64,000 bases of DNA from assembly GCA_963825865.1 (NCBI GenBank), contig CAWGVG010000003.1, positions 32,001-96,000 on the forward strand, written 5' to 3'. Shown here one piece after another: positions 34,125-47,241 of this stretch. Below the pieces are notes generated by a model, which saw nothing but the letters and a program-made list of their open reading frames with translations, did no database searches and had not been told where the DNA came from. Positions within the stretch are counted from its first letter, which is position 1. Every line of letters starts with the position of its first letter. The DNA is from an uncultured Nitrososphaeraceae archaeon. Its GTDB lineage: Archaea; Thermoproteota; Nitrososphaeria; Nitrososphaerales; Nitrososphaeraceae. The translations under genes were made by a program, and so were the position numbers.

Positions 34125-36863
34125 ATGCATACCAGAATGATATTAACGACTACCTCAATTTTATTATTAATTATTGGACTTGTTGAAAATACAACACTGC
34201 TTGCCGCTGCCGAATCATTGGATCCATATCGGCTGAATATAAAGTCGACTGCAAGAGATCCTTCGATAAAAGAGATACATACCGAACTTACTCCAACTGA
34301 CGACAGTACCAGTGCTATAAAAACGAGTACTGTAGGGCCTGTTCATAAAATGCGGCTCAAACAATCAGATGCCCCTCCAATACTCACTCCAGAAAAGAAA
34401 TATCAATTAGAAGAAGAGGTAAAGGACGATATTCCACGTGGCCCACCACTAAAATTATCAAATGATTCTATTCAGGGCCCGAATCCTGGATCCGATGTAC
34501 AAGGGATATCAATTCCAAACCAGAGTATCATCCAATCCAATAATAACAATAATGATTTTAATAGTCGAGCCGGTCCAAGTATTCAACAAACTAATATTAT
34601 AAGTAACAAATGCCAAAGCTTGACACTAAATGCTGTCACATCTAACGGTGATGGTGGTAGCCATATGCCTGTAAATGCTATAGACCATAATGTTAGTACT
34701 ACATGGTCAAATTCTGGTTCTGGTTCGTGGATACAGGCTGATTTAGGCGAGATGAAAGTTGTTTGCAGCGTAGATATTATTTGGTATAGGGGTAATCTAA
34801 GACAAAATAACTTTGTAATATCTGCTTCAACTGATGGCTCTACCTTTAGAACTGTCTACATAGGGAAAAGTAGCGGAAAAACACTATCTGCTGAAAGATA
34901 TGACTTTCCAGAAATTGTTCCTAGATATATAAGAATAACAGTCAATGGAAATACAGAAAACAACTATACAAGCATAACAGAAATTAATGTTAATGGGTAT
35001 AATGGCTTTACAACAACAACACCCCAATTGCGATCTACTTCACTTTCACATTTGCCACTTCAAGTTTCTATTAATCGCATAGTTTCCCCAGCATCCTCTT
35101 CTCGTTCTATAGTAAATGAACCAAGCGTGGCCAATAATGGCAAGCTAGTATTTTACACAGGCAATTGGTATGCCAGTCGGTCTGTTGATGGAGGTTTAAC
35201 TTGGACATATATAGATCCGACTAATGATATGAATGACTTTTGTTGTGATCAAGATGTTATCTATGATCCACATCATCAAATATTCATATGGTATAGGCAG
35301 GGGATAGAAACAGCAAATGGACAAAATCGCTTCAGATTGGGTGTTTCTGCTGATGCATTGAACTGGTGGTTTTACAATATATCACCAAAGGACTTCAACA
35401 GCCAATGGACAAATCAATCTTGGGATTATCCTCAACTTGCACTTAGCAATAAATACCTGTATATCTCTTCGAATGTCTTTAAACCAGACGGTAGCTTTCT
35501 TCGGACTGTAATTTCTCGTTGGTCTCTTGATGACTTGGGAAATGCGAGCAACTAATGTCTCGTTCAATTACTACGATGATGAAACAGTATTCACTTTTAC
35601 TCCTGTTCAAGGAGTGACAGATACAATGGTACTGGGCAGCCCACCTTTCAAATAGCCGCATGAGAATATATGAATGGCCTGAAATTCTCTCAAGTAATAA
35701 TGCAAGTGTTAGAGCTTTTGATCGTGATATTCCTGCTTGGACTACTGATTCAAGGGGTGCAATGTCCTGTAATAATGGTCCGGATGGTAAAGACTGGTGT
35801 GGACGTGCAGACACAAGAATATTGAATGGCTGGATCTCAAAAGATACTATTGGTTTCATCTGGATTGCAGATAAGGGAAATGGTTTTCCTTGGCCATATC
35901 TGAATGCTGCAGACTTTAAAATAAGTGATGGTGCTATGACATATTTTGGAAGACCTTATCTCTGGAGTTCAGATAAAGCATGGATGTATGGTTTTGTTTC
36001 GCCTAATGTGCAAGGAGATTTAGCGTATAGTGGCTTCTGTCGGAGGCAGAGATTTGTATCCAAGCGTGGCAGTAGGGACAAATGACAACTCCAATGGATC
36101 TCACTCACCATGGGATATGAAAATACTGATAAATGGAACAAACGGGCCTTCAGACAATAGGTGGGGAGATTATTTTAGGATAAGGCCATTTAGCGGTTCA
36201 GGTCTCACATGGGCAGCTTCTGGATATACTCTCCAAGGAGGTAGCAGAGGAGATTCCGTAGAACCTCGCTACCTTGTATTTGGCCGCCAGAATGAGGTTA
36301 CAAGTCTAGATTCACCTCTGGAAAAAAACGCCATAAAAATTAGCCCGACTTCTAATGAAGACATGAATCAAAATGGAACAGCAACAGATCGGACCGGAAA
36401 AAATAGCATAGATGTACAAAACAAAACAATGATAACATTTGATGCAACTGTTACAGCTAACTTGACAAATCCAGACACCAATGCAAATAGTGTCTTTGGA
36501 AATAACAATCAATCATTTAAATCGCAATCTCAATCAAACTCAAGATCAGGTAGTCTAGAAGGCAGAGCATATTTCAAGGGATTGCCTTGCAATCCTAAGA
36601 CCAATATCAAAGTTCCACCATGTGATGGCCTATACCCAAATTATGAAATTGTCATATATACTACTGATGGTAAATCCATAGTATCTAAAACTAAAACTGA
36701 TAAGAATGGGAATTATACCATGCTATTAACTCCAGGGAATTATGTCATATATACCAAAGCAGGTATATCTTCATCGGGTCTGAATACAAGGACTAATAAT
36801 TTTATGGTGGAAGTTGGTAAAACGACTAAACTGATTTTACTCATTGATACCGGTATAAGATAA
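34125..36863 (+). CDS. Large secreted modular protein: F5/8 type C (discoidin) + Asp-box domain + C-terminal prealbumin/carboxypeptidase-regulatory-like domain (frameshifted)
   Basis: Signal peptide; NAIDHNVSTTWS..WIQADLG..RYIRITVNG; SVDGGLTW, FCCDQ; RWGDY; KTDKNGNYTMLLTPGNYVI; ORFs 34125..35555, 35660..36085 and 36030..36863 are collinear. Confidence 0.75.
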
Positions 36864-37356
36864 GAATATTGGTTGTAGTAAAATCTATTTACAATGTCAA
36901 ATCATTTAGCTGAAGAAAAAACCTATCTTCATGGTCCATCACTGACATCATCAAATCAACACCTATTCAAGACCCCTCACCGACAACTAAAAACATAATT
37001 AACAAAAGGTAGCCGTATTAGGATAGGCAAATACATCACAAGAACATCAGTGTGTGCGCCGACGAGAATGACTTTTGTTCGTATGATGGAAAACAATCCC
37101 GTTTTTAAATGAGGTTTTTTATGCTCATCGCCTCTGTACATTTATTGAACCAGATATATTATTAAGAATGCAAATCGGAGTGGTCAACTAGGCGTAATCT
37201 ATACCGTATATAGTGAGTGGTAATTTGGCCAAGCAGACTAAGAATAAGAGAGCAGTTCCTACCGTACAGATGCACTCTGTCAATCTATCTTTGTACTGGA
37301 GTTAGGGCAGCATATGATAAAATATAATAATTTGTACTCTATCTCATCTTGATGAA

Positions 37357-38147
37357 TTGAGCAAAAGTAAAGGCAAGTTATACGTTGTAGGTGTTGGTCC
37401 TGGCCATCATGACCATATGACCTATAGAGCAAAACAGGCGATTGAAGAGAGTGAAATTATTATTGGTTATGACACATATGTCTCCCTAGTTGAAGATTTG
37501 ATAGCTGGTAAAGAAGTTTATCGTTATGCCATGACACAGGAGGTCGAGAGAGCAAACCAGGCGATCCATTTTGCTGAAAAAAACAAGATTGTATCGCTAG
37601 TTTCTTCAGGGGATCCCGGTATTTATGGCATGATTGGTTTAATTTATGAAATCCTTGCTGACAAAGGATGGGACAGAGAAGATGGGATATATATTGAATG
37701 CATTCCTGGAATTTCTTCATTGAACTCATGTGCTGCTTTGGTTGGCTCTCCATTAATGACTGACTTTGCCGTAGTTAGCATGAGCGATCTGCTCGTTCCA
37801 TGGGAAATAATTGTGAAACGAGTTGAGGCAGGCAGCATTAGGCGATTATGTTACTGTAATTTACAATCCTGCAAGTAAGAAACGAGTACATCAATTGAGG
37901 GACACCAGAGACATTTTTCTGAAGTATAGAAAACCAGAATCTCCAGTGGCAATAGTAAAGGGTGCATATAGAGAGAGCCAAGTCTATAGTTATGACTACA
38001 CTAGATAAAATGCTCGAACACCAAGACATGCTTGGAATGATTACAACAATAATTATTGGCAACTCATCTACTTTCAACTACAATGGTATGATGATAAACC
38101 CAAGGGGATATAGGTCGAAATATGAATTAGTCAAGGAAGTTATATAA
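37357..38147 (+). CDS. cbiH: Precorrin-3B C17-methyltransferase (2 frameshifts)
   Basis: LYVVGVGPG, VSSGDPGIYGM, PGISS, DFAVVSMSDLLVPW, IYNPASKKR, INPRGY. Confidence 0.93.
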
Positions 38148-38307
38148 CTCAGCAACTACAACCTTGATTGCTATATTTTTTAATGAACGTATAAAGGATC
38201 TTGTCTAACGGGTTATATTTATGGCAGTATTCATAGTGGTAATATAGTGCCGGTGTTTTTTAATTATTTACTAATCTTTCGAATTAATAACTACATTAGA
38301 TTTAACC

Positions 38308-39649
38308 TTAAGAAAGGTTAGTGTTGACTCCGATTTGTTTTGGATTTGTAGTATAAATGAACTTCCCAATAATATCAAGCAACTTTCTGGCTATATCTTT
38401 TTTATTTTGCAATGGTAAATGAATGACTTTTTTTTGTCTATCTATTATAAACACTTCATTATTATCCGAACCAGCTTCAGACCCTTTTCTGCCAATATCA
38501 TTGGCAACTACTAAATTACCGTTACATTCCTTTAATTTCCGATATGCCTTTTCTATCATGTACGAGTTCGAAACACTGTGCTCTGCCTTGAATGCAACTA
38601 GGAATATATCATTTTTGCTGGCATGTTTGACCTGATCTATAATCTTTTTCGTAGGTGATAGTGACAACAATAATTTTCCTGCTCTAGTATCCATTTTTTT
38701 TGTGAATTTTTTTCCTGCAGGTGTGAAATCAGTTACTGCTCGCAGCAAAAATAGCAATGTCATATCTTTTTGAATATAGTTCTGCTATGACTGCGTCATA
38801 CATTTGCTCATTCGTGTTTACTTTAATAACATTGAGGTCTAATGAGTCTAAATGGGGATATGATCCATGTCCACATACAATTGTAACATTTGCACCCATC
38901 TTCTTTGCTTCGTTGGCAATTGCGCTTCCCATTTTACCTGAGCTTAAGTTGGTAATTATGCGGATTGGATCTATATGCTCAATTGTGCTACCTGCGGTAA
39001 CTAATATATTCTTACCAGAAAGTGAAAAGACAGTTCTTGTGGGATTATTGAATTTATTTATAACTGATATAAGAACTTGTTCTATTGGCGCAACTTTGGC
39101 CTTTCCTTCACAGACCGAAGGCTCCAAAAATTCTACACCTTGGTCTTTCAATCTAGAAATATTTTTTTTGATAAAATAATTGTCATACATTGACTCATGC
39201 ATAGCAGGCGCAACCATTATTGGGATTTTTGATCCAAGAGCAACACTTAAAACAGATGTAACAGGTGTGTCGTCAATTCCATTAGCCATTTTTCCTATTG
39301 TATTGGCGGTGCATGGGTAAACAAGAATTAGAGATGACATATTATAATCAGCCAGAACGATGTGTTCAAGATCTCCTGTCAACTTTGTTACAACATCATT
39401 ACCTGTAGCCCATTTCATCATGTCTGACGTAATAAATGCGGATTCTACCCTTTCTGACATTACTGAATAAACATCAGCACCATGCCGCATAAGCAGACGG
39501 GCTAAATCGATTGCTCTATATGCAGCTATGCTACCAGTTATGCACAAAACTATTTTTTTCCCTGTTATCTCGTTACCTTCTAAACCTGTAATATCTTTTG
39601 ATGGATGGTTTGTAGTGCTGCTACTATCTTTTCTTTTCTTTGTATCCAT
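38308..39649 (-). CDS. coaBC: Bifunctional phosphopantothenoylcysteine decarboxylase/synthetase (frameshift near 38745)
   Basis: ITGSIAAY, PCTANTIGK, PAMHESM, VTAGST.E.IDPIR, SSGKMG, FKAE, VVANDI. Confidence 0.95.
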
Positions 39650-40535
39650 TTTTATTACACACTTTTTTTTCTTTTAGAGCCTTACTCAATTCATGGAGTT
39701 GATCTGGATCCATATGAAAGATGTTTTGTTCTTCTGGAAATCTACTAGACTTGACATCATTAGTGTATCGTAAAATAGCTTCGAAAATTAAGTTAGAAAC
39801 ATCTGCGTAGCGTTTTACAAATTTCGGTTTAATGTCTTCATAAATTCCGAGCATATCATGAAGGACAAGTACCTGACCATCACAACCGCAGCCAGAACCT
39901 ATTCCAATAGTTGGGATAGATAGATTTTTAGAAATGATCTCTGCTACTTCACTTGTAACCATCTCTAATACAATACTAAATACCCCAGCTCTTTCTAATG
40001 CTTTAGCAGCTGCAATTAGGTTCAATGCTAAATCCTTTGTCTTCCCTTGTAATCTATAGCCCTCCCACAAGACAGAAGTTTGAGGTTTTAAACCGATATG
40101 CCCCATAACTGGTACCCCTGCATTAACTATCCCTTTAACTGTGTCAACTACTTCAAACCCACCTTCAAGCTTTACGGCGTCAGATCCCACTTTGATAAAT
40201 CGAATAGCATTTTCTATTGCATCACTGATATTATGCTGGTATGATCCAAAGGGCATATCAGCTATGATCATTGCTCTCTTTGTCCCTCGAGATACACCTT
40301 TGCAAAATAATAGCATTTCTTCCATGCTCACTGGGATTGTATTTGGATAACCAAGCATTATCATTCCTGCGCTGTCCCCAACGAGTACAATGTCGATACT
40401 TGCTTTATCACAGATCGATGCGGTAGAATAGTCGTAGGCAGTAAGCGCAGAAATTTTCTCTTTTCGCTTCATTGCCATAATATCGTTTACGCTTAACTTT
40501 TTTCTTCTTTTGCTATTATTATCTTCTCCTTGCAT
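39624..40535 (-). CDS. panB: Ketopantoate hydroxymethyltransferase
   Basis: LTAYDY, LVGDSAG, ADMPFGSY, VKLEGG, GHIGLKPQ, DGQVLV. Confidence 0.97.
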   Translation of the reverse strand: MQGEDNNSKRRKKLSVNDIMAMKRKEKISALTAYDYSTASICDKASIDIVLVGDSAGMIMLGYPNTIPVSMEEMLLFCKGVSRGTKRAMIIADMPFGSYQHNISDAIENAIRFIKVGSDAVKLEGGFEVVDTVKGIVNAGVPVMGHIGLKPQTSVLWEGYRLQGKTKDLALNLIAAAKALERAGVFSIVLEMVTSEVAEIISKNLSIPTIGIGSGCGCDGQVLVLHDMLGIYEDIKPKFVKRYADVSNLIFEAILRYTNDVKSSRFPEEQNIFHMDPDQLHELSKALKEKKVCNKNGYKEKKR

Positions 40536-40556
40536 CTAATCTATGTCGCCACCAAC

Positions 40557-41299
40557 TTAACGTTGAATAATTTTGAGAGACTCTGCAAGATTCAATTTGT
40601 TATCAAATTCTTTTATAACCCTCTTCATTATTGATTCATTTGTCCCTTTCATATTATTTGCAGCACTAATCATTTCAGGAATGGCCCTGACAATATTATC
40701 AACAATTGTAATATGTGCTCGCTTTTGCCGTCCTCGATAATGGATTAAGATCAATTGTGATAACTGTTTTACCCATGTTTACAAGAGCTTCTGTCCGGTC
40801 ACCATCTTCCAGTGGCACAAGCAATGTATCGGCTTTATAGATACCATCAGGATCTACCCGTCTCCGCTCACTTTGTAATTCAGGAATTCTCGCAGAAGCC
40901 CGCGAGCCTATTCCAAGAACTTTTTTTAAGCCATTCTTTTTGAGCTCCTCTTGAATTACTCGTTCCCGCTCCGGAGTTCGGTAAAAGAGATTGATTTCTA
41001 TTGCTCCACCTGTAACATCACTTAACTCTACAATTTCTTTTGCACAAAGTGCTCCAACATTACCATTAATTGAAATTACTGGATATTTTGCAAGTAAAAG
41101 TGCATAACAAGCAGACCTTTATTGCTAGGCGCGCAACTTTGGTGGTCTGCTCACCCAAAAGATAATCAAAAGCTTCTCCTCTTCCATGAGCAATCAAACC
41201 CTCAGGAGCTACTAGCCCATTTCTAAAGCCATTGACAAGCAATTCTCTTGTGTAAAGAGATTTTGCCCGTGGATGGTTTGATGGAATATTCATATGCAT
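40557..41299 (-). CDS. Phosphopantothenate synthetase (archaeal PPS; 2 or more frameshifts)
   Basis: [28 protein letters not shown]; middle (manual) [27 protein letters not shown]; tail [11 protein letters not shown]. Confidence 0.9.
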
Positions 41300-41316
41300 G
41301 TATATTATTATTGTTA

Positions 41317-42225
41317 TTACAGTGCTCTTGCTCCCTCATTGTCAATATTGCATACAATCAAAGTACCACCAAAACCCTTAAGACACTCTTTTGCTTCCTT
41401 TGTTTGTTTGCTGGGAACCAGCGTGAATACTGTCTCTCCAAATAAAGCTACCCCACAATCAAAACCTCGAGATTTTAGACTTTGAATCGGAGATTTGCAC
41501 TTGCCTTCAGTCAAGCCAAGATTGTATGAAAACTCATATGACATCTTTAAAAAGTCATTAATCTCTCTTGTTATTTTTAACCTCCTTAACATCTTTTCGA
41601 CAGGCCCATCTACCAAGTCAATATGGCTATTAAGGTATGATTTTGTAGAGATTGGAGAGATGCACAAAATGATCGCTCATAGTCTCTAAGGTCTATTTTT
41701 TCTAAAGTGCCAATGCCCGGAGCACCGATACTAGTTCGCATTTCAAATCCTCCTACAGATTCTGCAATTACAGTGCCTAGGCCTGTCTTGCAAGCAATGT
41801 CTCCGTGATGTGCAATTTGTGCTGTCTGATTTCTGCCGAGACCTATATTAAGAGCATCATTAAGTGCGTAAGATAAACTCAGAAGCTGCCGCTCCGCTAG
41901 AACCAAGTCCAAAACCAATGGGAATACTAATTCTGTGTTTAATATTGACATAACATGGTCGATTAATAAGATTAAGATACTCTTCTGTAATCCACTTTGA
42001 CACTTCTGCATCTTCAGCTCTGATTCCATTAATTGAAATCTGGTAATTTGTTGTTGTAGAGTCATAGACTTCAACGGTAGTTGAGATCCCACGGTCAATT
42101 GAAAAACCAGCACCCTTGGATCCAAGATATAGATAATTGCTACTACTAATAGTAGCGGGTTTCTGTACAAAAACCCGTAATATGACCTGGACTGAACGCA
42201 TTAGATACAGCAATGGGTATCGCAA
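41317..42225 (-). CDS. Pantoate kinase (GHMP family, archaeal PoK; frameshifted)
   Basis: [41 protein letters not shown] spread over three ORFs; adjacent to PPS and panB. Confidence 0.88.
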
Positions 42226-42302
42226 CCATTGATGCCATATTAGGTTTATAGATATTAAAAAATATAAAAATAGCGTTTAATTAGTATAAATCAGTATAAA
42301 CA

Positions 42303-43314
42303 TTGTCTATGGACAGATACGCTAGAAGGCTGCAAAAAATAGGTAGCAGTATACTAATTTCTTTACCAAGTGAATGGGTCAAGAGCAACAATTTGAAAAA
42401 AGGGAATATGCTATTAATTGAAGTAAATAGAGATAATTCAATTTCTTTGTTTCCTTCGGATGTAGGTAGTGAAGATGTAAAAGAAGTAACAATCCCTTAT
42501 CCTAGGATATCAATGGATAGTCTTGTTAATCAAATATATGGTGCTTATCTTCTTGGCTATAATATTATACGTATAAGAGGCAAATTGCAGATATCTTTTG
42601 ATGATCGGGAGCTTATTAAGCATGCAATGCGAAAGCTTGTCGGCTTAGAAATAGTTGATGAAGACGGATATAACATCATCTCACAATTCTTGCTTGACGC
42701 AAATGCATTGGACGCTGAGAAGATTCTTAGAAGAATGAGCTCAATAGTAGCAGGAATGTATAGAGATATATTGGATGGATTAAGAATCAAACAAAGTGGT
42801 ATTGAGAAACTTATTGCGAGTAGAGACGATGAAGTAGATCGGCAATACTTTTTACTCGTGAGATTGATAAGAAGTGCCATGATGGATCGGAAACTGGCAA
42901 GCAAACTCAATTTGAGCAATATTGACATCTTGGATTACAGGATTGCTGCCTAATCATCTAGAAAGTGCTGGCGATTACATTGTAGATTTTGCATCTGATA
43001 TTTCTCGTACAAAACTCGTTGATTGCATTACCGAGCCCAGCATAATAATTGAGAAAATGCAGGAAAGATCCGTTGCTGCTTTTACTAACAAGAATAGATC
43101 AGAATCCATTGAAGTTGTGAAAATGTACAATAAATTTAATGAACTTATGAATTCAATAAAGGAATTATCTGCAAAGACAGAATCAAAGAATTCGGAATCA
43201 ACTATCGCAGTTCTTAATTCGATTTATTCAATGGATAAAATTGCAAGATGCTGGGTTGATGTAGCTGATTTAGTAAAACCAGTTTATTTGATAGCTCAAT
43301 TGAGAAGTGTATAA
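42303..43314 (+). CDS. AbrB/PhoU-domain phosphate-uptake regulator (frameshift near 42950)
   Basis: RRLQKIGSSILISLPSEW (AbrB), AYLLGY, RDDEVDRQYFLLVR, HLESAGDY. Confidence 0.88.
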
Positions 43315-43356
43315 TAGAATTACAGGCTCCAGATTCTATCCTTATTGTAATATCCC

Positions 43357-43390
43357 TGCAGAGATATAGAAGTCGTGCTATATCTCTGCA
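43357..43390. repeat. 13-bp perfect inverted repeat (hairpin)
   Basis: TGCAGAGATATAG-8nt-CTATATCTCTGCA, about 40 bp downstream of the PhoU-like gene. Confidence 0.8.
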
Positions 43391-43473
43391 AACAGTAAAA
43401 TCCTGTATGCTAGGTTTTCGAAATCGACTTATAATTTTTTTATATATGTCATACTAATTATAAACAGGTTAAA

Positions 43474-43800
43474 ATGGATAATAGACTCAAACCAGTTCTG
43501 AAACGACAACTATTGTTTGTAGGAGCAAGCCTCGGAATCAGTTTAGTATCGACTTATTTCTTCGGCTTTCTAATAGGTTTTACATTAAATATAGCATTAT
43601 TTATAGCGGTAATCTTTTACATCAGAAGAAAGCAAATGAAAGCCTTAGGATTATTTGGTTTTGGGGACGAAAAAGTGGGAGGACCTAGTTTTACTGGAGG
43701 CTACAGAAAATTGAATTATCTTTGTTTATTGTGTGGTACAAAAGTATCGGGTAAAAAATGCGGTAAATGTGGTTCACATATGAAGAAACCAGTGTTCTAA
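43474..43800 (+). CDS. Small membrane protein with a C-terminal zinc ribbon
   Basis: Two TM helices followed by CLLC-x8-CGKC. Confidence 0.8.
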   Translation: MDNRLKPVLKRQLLFVGASLGISLVSTYFFGFLIGFTLNIALFIAVIFYIRRKQMKALGLFGFGDEKVGGPSFTGGYRKLNYLCLLCGTKVSGKKCGKCGSHMKKPVF

Positions 43801-44039
43801 AAATCGGTTTATAGTCTGTCGCGTGTGGGTGCAAACAGACGAAGATTGAAGTATAAAAACAACCAAACTTTTAAGCATTTGGATTATTTCAATACGCTAT
43901 AAGAAATAATAGGAATCTAGCAAGAATTTGAAAGTTATTAAACGAAATTGATACTCAATTTTGATCTATTGGAGTCACTTATTGTAGATTAATAAAATAC
44001 AAACTCTTTTTAATTTTATTGTATTGGTAATCCCTACAC

Positions 44040-44300
44040 ATGACAGAATCATCATCAACAACAACAAAGCATGAAACCACTAGACTAGAAAATTCTACCT
44101 TTAATATTCTAATAGCACTTGGAAAAGAAGCCAAATTTTTGTATTCTACTATTGATACCTACACAAGTGATGCTCAAAAGGCTAACAGATTAGACTTGGT
44201 AAATATGTGGAATACAATAAAACAGGATAGACAAAAGCATATGCAGATGTTAAGACAGGCTCTGGAAAAAGAAGCAAAGGAAGAAAAGCTGAGTAAATAA
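44040..44300 (+). CDS. Small helical (ferritin-like half-domain) protein
   Basis: E..F.Y....Y..DA and D..KH..ML helix pair. Confidence 0.65.
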   Translation: MTESSSTTTKHETTRLENSTFNILIALGKEAKFLYSTIDTYTSDAQKANRLDLVNMWNTIKQDRQKHMQMLRQALEKEAKEEKLSK

Positions 44301-44710
44301 TAAATAATATAAACACTCAGCATCATGCAAACAAGAGAATAAAAAGTAAAAATATTCCACTATTTTTGCCTGTTAGTAAAACATATAGAGAATGTACTTC
44401 CAATACCTGTTCTATTTCTGTTCTATACCACATGTTCATATTTTCCTTCGGTGTTCAAGCGTTTCAATCTCTGACCTAACTGTCAGCTGAATCTTTTGAA
44501 AAGTCATTATTGTTTATCATTGCCCTTCTAAGTATCCTTTGTTGAGATTACCCTTTAGAGATAGAAAATTGTCTATAGTCTGTCTTCTTTCTGGACAGCG
44601 CAGTTAGATTTCATGTGAAGAAATCAAGCATTAATTATTGCGATAATCCATATAATATCTTTGTGGATAGTTATTTCTCAAGATTTATTGAATATAAATT
44701 ACTAATGTTG

Positions 44711-44974
44711 TTATTTCTTTCCTATTGTAGCAATCATTTCATTAATCTTATAATAGGTGTTTAAGAAATGCCTTCCCTTCTCTGTTGTTATAAAGGAAGT
44801 TCGTTCACTTCCTTGATACTTTATCAACTCCTTTTCCTGTAGAATTGATAGATATTCTTTCAACTGCATATATGATAGAAATGCTTCATACATGATTTTT
44901 GTTTTTCTAGCTTCGCCTTTACTAGTAACTTCTAGAATCGATGCAATCAGATCGGTTCTGCTTCTATTTTTCAT
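44711..44974 (-). CDS. Winged-helix DNA-binding protein (HTH_45-like)
   Basis: RSRTDLIASIL, KTKIMYEAFLSY.QLKEYL, TTEKG. Confidence 0.9.
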   Translation of the reverse strand: MKNRSRTDLIASILEVTSKGEARKTKIMYEAFLSYMQLKEYLSILQEKELIKYQGSERTSFITTEKGRHFLNTYYKINEMIATIGKK

Positions 44975-45768
44975 AACGGTGTATCTCTGTGATGGTAGAG
45001 ATATGCAATAATAAAAACCGACTGGATACTTACGATAGCAGATTGTTTTACTATATTCTTTTTATGCCGTTTTAACAGTCTAGGAAATGACTTTTAAGTT
45101 TAGTATACAAGAGATAAGGCCTTGGGGGAGAGTTTAAAGGGGTTACGTGTAATCAACAAAATCAACAGCAATACGAAATAATGTCATACGAAAGGTAGGA
45201 TATGTATACATATACACGTGCAATTTTTTTGGCTAAATTTCTTTCCTAACCCGTTTCCGTTATCAATATTAGTTATTCTATATATGAAGAGTGTAAATCA
45301 ATTAACAATACAAGACACAAGACTTGAATATGATATTTCCGTGACTGTAAAGGCCGAGTAGTGGTAAAAATAGTCAAGATAGATATAGAAAATTAGAATT
45401 CTATATCGTAAATAGGAGTTTGGATTACCTTTACAAGTGACTTTTATTCGAATTGCCGTTTTTCTTGATTATATTGCATGATTGGTATAAATAAATAATA
45501 AATTATTATAAAATATATTATTATAAATTATTATTATAAAACCAATTTGACTCAAATTCGTTGGTTTGGATCTTATCACGCAACAGAAATATAAATCCGT
45601 TATAGTATAAAACTCCTTTGATTTTAAACATGAACCAATGGTTTTAATTTTGTTATTTTCTGAAGTCCGTCTTGATTTGATATCGCTTGATTTATCTTTT
45701 ATACGTTCAGATATAATATTATCATGTAGGATATATTTTCATTCTGTCTTTCAAATGAAAGGCCTAAT

Positions 45769-45987
45769 TTATTTCTTCTTTTGCTTGTTATTTCTCAACG
45801 GCTTTAACTTGCTATTGTTTGCTTTAGTTATTATTATTTTATTATGTGTTTTTTTATCTATTTCCAACTGAAGAGTATCGCCTTGTTTGAATGGGAATAA
45901 TCCATCATTTACAAGTTGACTTGCAAAATAAACAAAGAACCTTTGCTTACCACTTGAGTACAATTTTGAGAGCACTGTAGTTACCAT
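45769..45987 (-). CDS. Small AbrB/SpoVT-like protein
   Basis: FFVYFASQLVNDGLFPFKQGDTLQLEID pattern. Confidence 0.55.
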   Translation of the reverse strand: MVTTVLSKLYSSGKQRFFVYFASQLVNDGLFPFKQGDTLQLEIDKKTHNKIIITKANNSKLKPLRNNKQKKK

Positions 45988-46754
45988 TTTGTTGATCCTC
46001 TGCTAATACTGTTGTTAAAACCTGGCTTTATAATACTTAGTTAACTATGTTCCTGGTTCTAGGATAGACACTAGTAATAGATAGAACTAGTAAGGCCTTA
46101 ATCATCCATCATTAAGCAGATTGGCCATAGACCTGCTCACTCAATAATCAATAAATGCAACATAAAGATCTCAGTAGAGAACACATGAATTATTAATTTC
46201 TTCACCTAAAAGTTTCATTTGTTCTAATATTTTTCTTATCTACAAAAGAAAATATGATAACAAGGTTAGTAGACTATTGCTTGCAATCATCACAGTTGTG
46301 ATCCTTGTATCATCAGCTACTGTTGCAAAACCTGCGTTAGTTAGTAACTCAGTTTCAAAATCAAATACCCGGGACGTTAGTAAGTTCCTAAAATGTATTG
46401 CAGGTATAGGAGAAAATGACATATCAAAAGTAAAGCTAAAAAGTGCGTTGATAATTGCTTAGGTCTGCAACAACAATAGCGGTAGGAACAACAAGAATGA
46501 TTTAGTGCTACAATAGCCTGAAGAGATAACATATTTCTACGTGTTTTTATATTTTGCTACTATTCTAAATGAGGTTTCTAAAGATGGAATCAGTCTTAAT
46601 TCAATAGCAGCAGATCAAATTTTAAAAGAAGAGAGAATATTCAGATTGCCGAAAAGATCATGCTGTCTATGTTAAATTCCTTTTTTGTGTGTTGTGCATA
46701 AAGGAAAAATGAATCTAATCAAGTTGGTCAAAAAAAAGAAGTAATGGTAGTATA

Positions 46755-47241
46755 TTATTTAGTGACTACTTCGATTGTTCCTTTCATTGTATAGGGATGA
46801 TAGGCACAATGATATGTGAATGTCCCTACCATGTTTGGATTAAAAGATAGCTGGCCTGAACCATTCGGAGCTATATCATCAGTTGATGGAAGTGACATCT
46901 GCTCCTGTATCTAGGATTAATTCATGTTTTGTATCGGTAGGGTTTTGAATCTTTATGACGTTATTGGTATTTGTAAAAGCCTTTAACGTTGGGTTGTCTG
47001 CGCCATTACTACCATTTATCCATCTGTAAACACCAGATGTTACTTCCTTTACAGATAATTGAATTGCGTTGTTTATAGTTTTGCTTGGAGAAGTAGTAGT
47101 ATTAGTAGTAGTGGTAATAGCATTCTCCTTTCCTTCTGCAGCTGCTGGTACCAATTGTATATGGGATATCATGCCAAACAGCAATGCTGATATGAGTACC
47201 GATGTCAGTACAACAACATATTGACGAGCCATTTTCTTCAT
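46755..47241 (-). CDS. Secreted cupredoxin (type-1 blue copper protein; frameshift near 46895)
   Basis: Signal peptide, NPTDTKHEL; manually read tail GTFTYHCAYHPYTMKGTIEV supplies the Cys, His and Met ligands; 3' end approximate. Confidence 0.85.

Noticed and set aside
37160-37320. Cobalamin riboswitch upstream of cbiH
   Set aside because: Only a vague TGCAAATC resemblance; the GGGAA, GCCCCC/ACTGT and B12-box elements are not present
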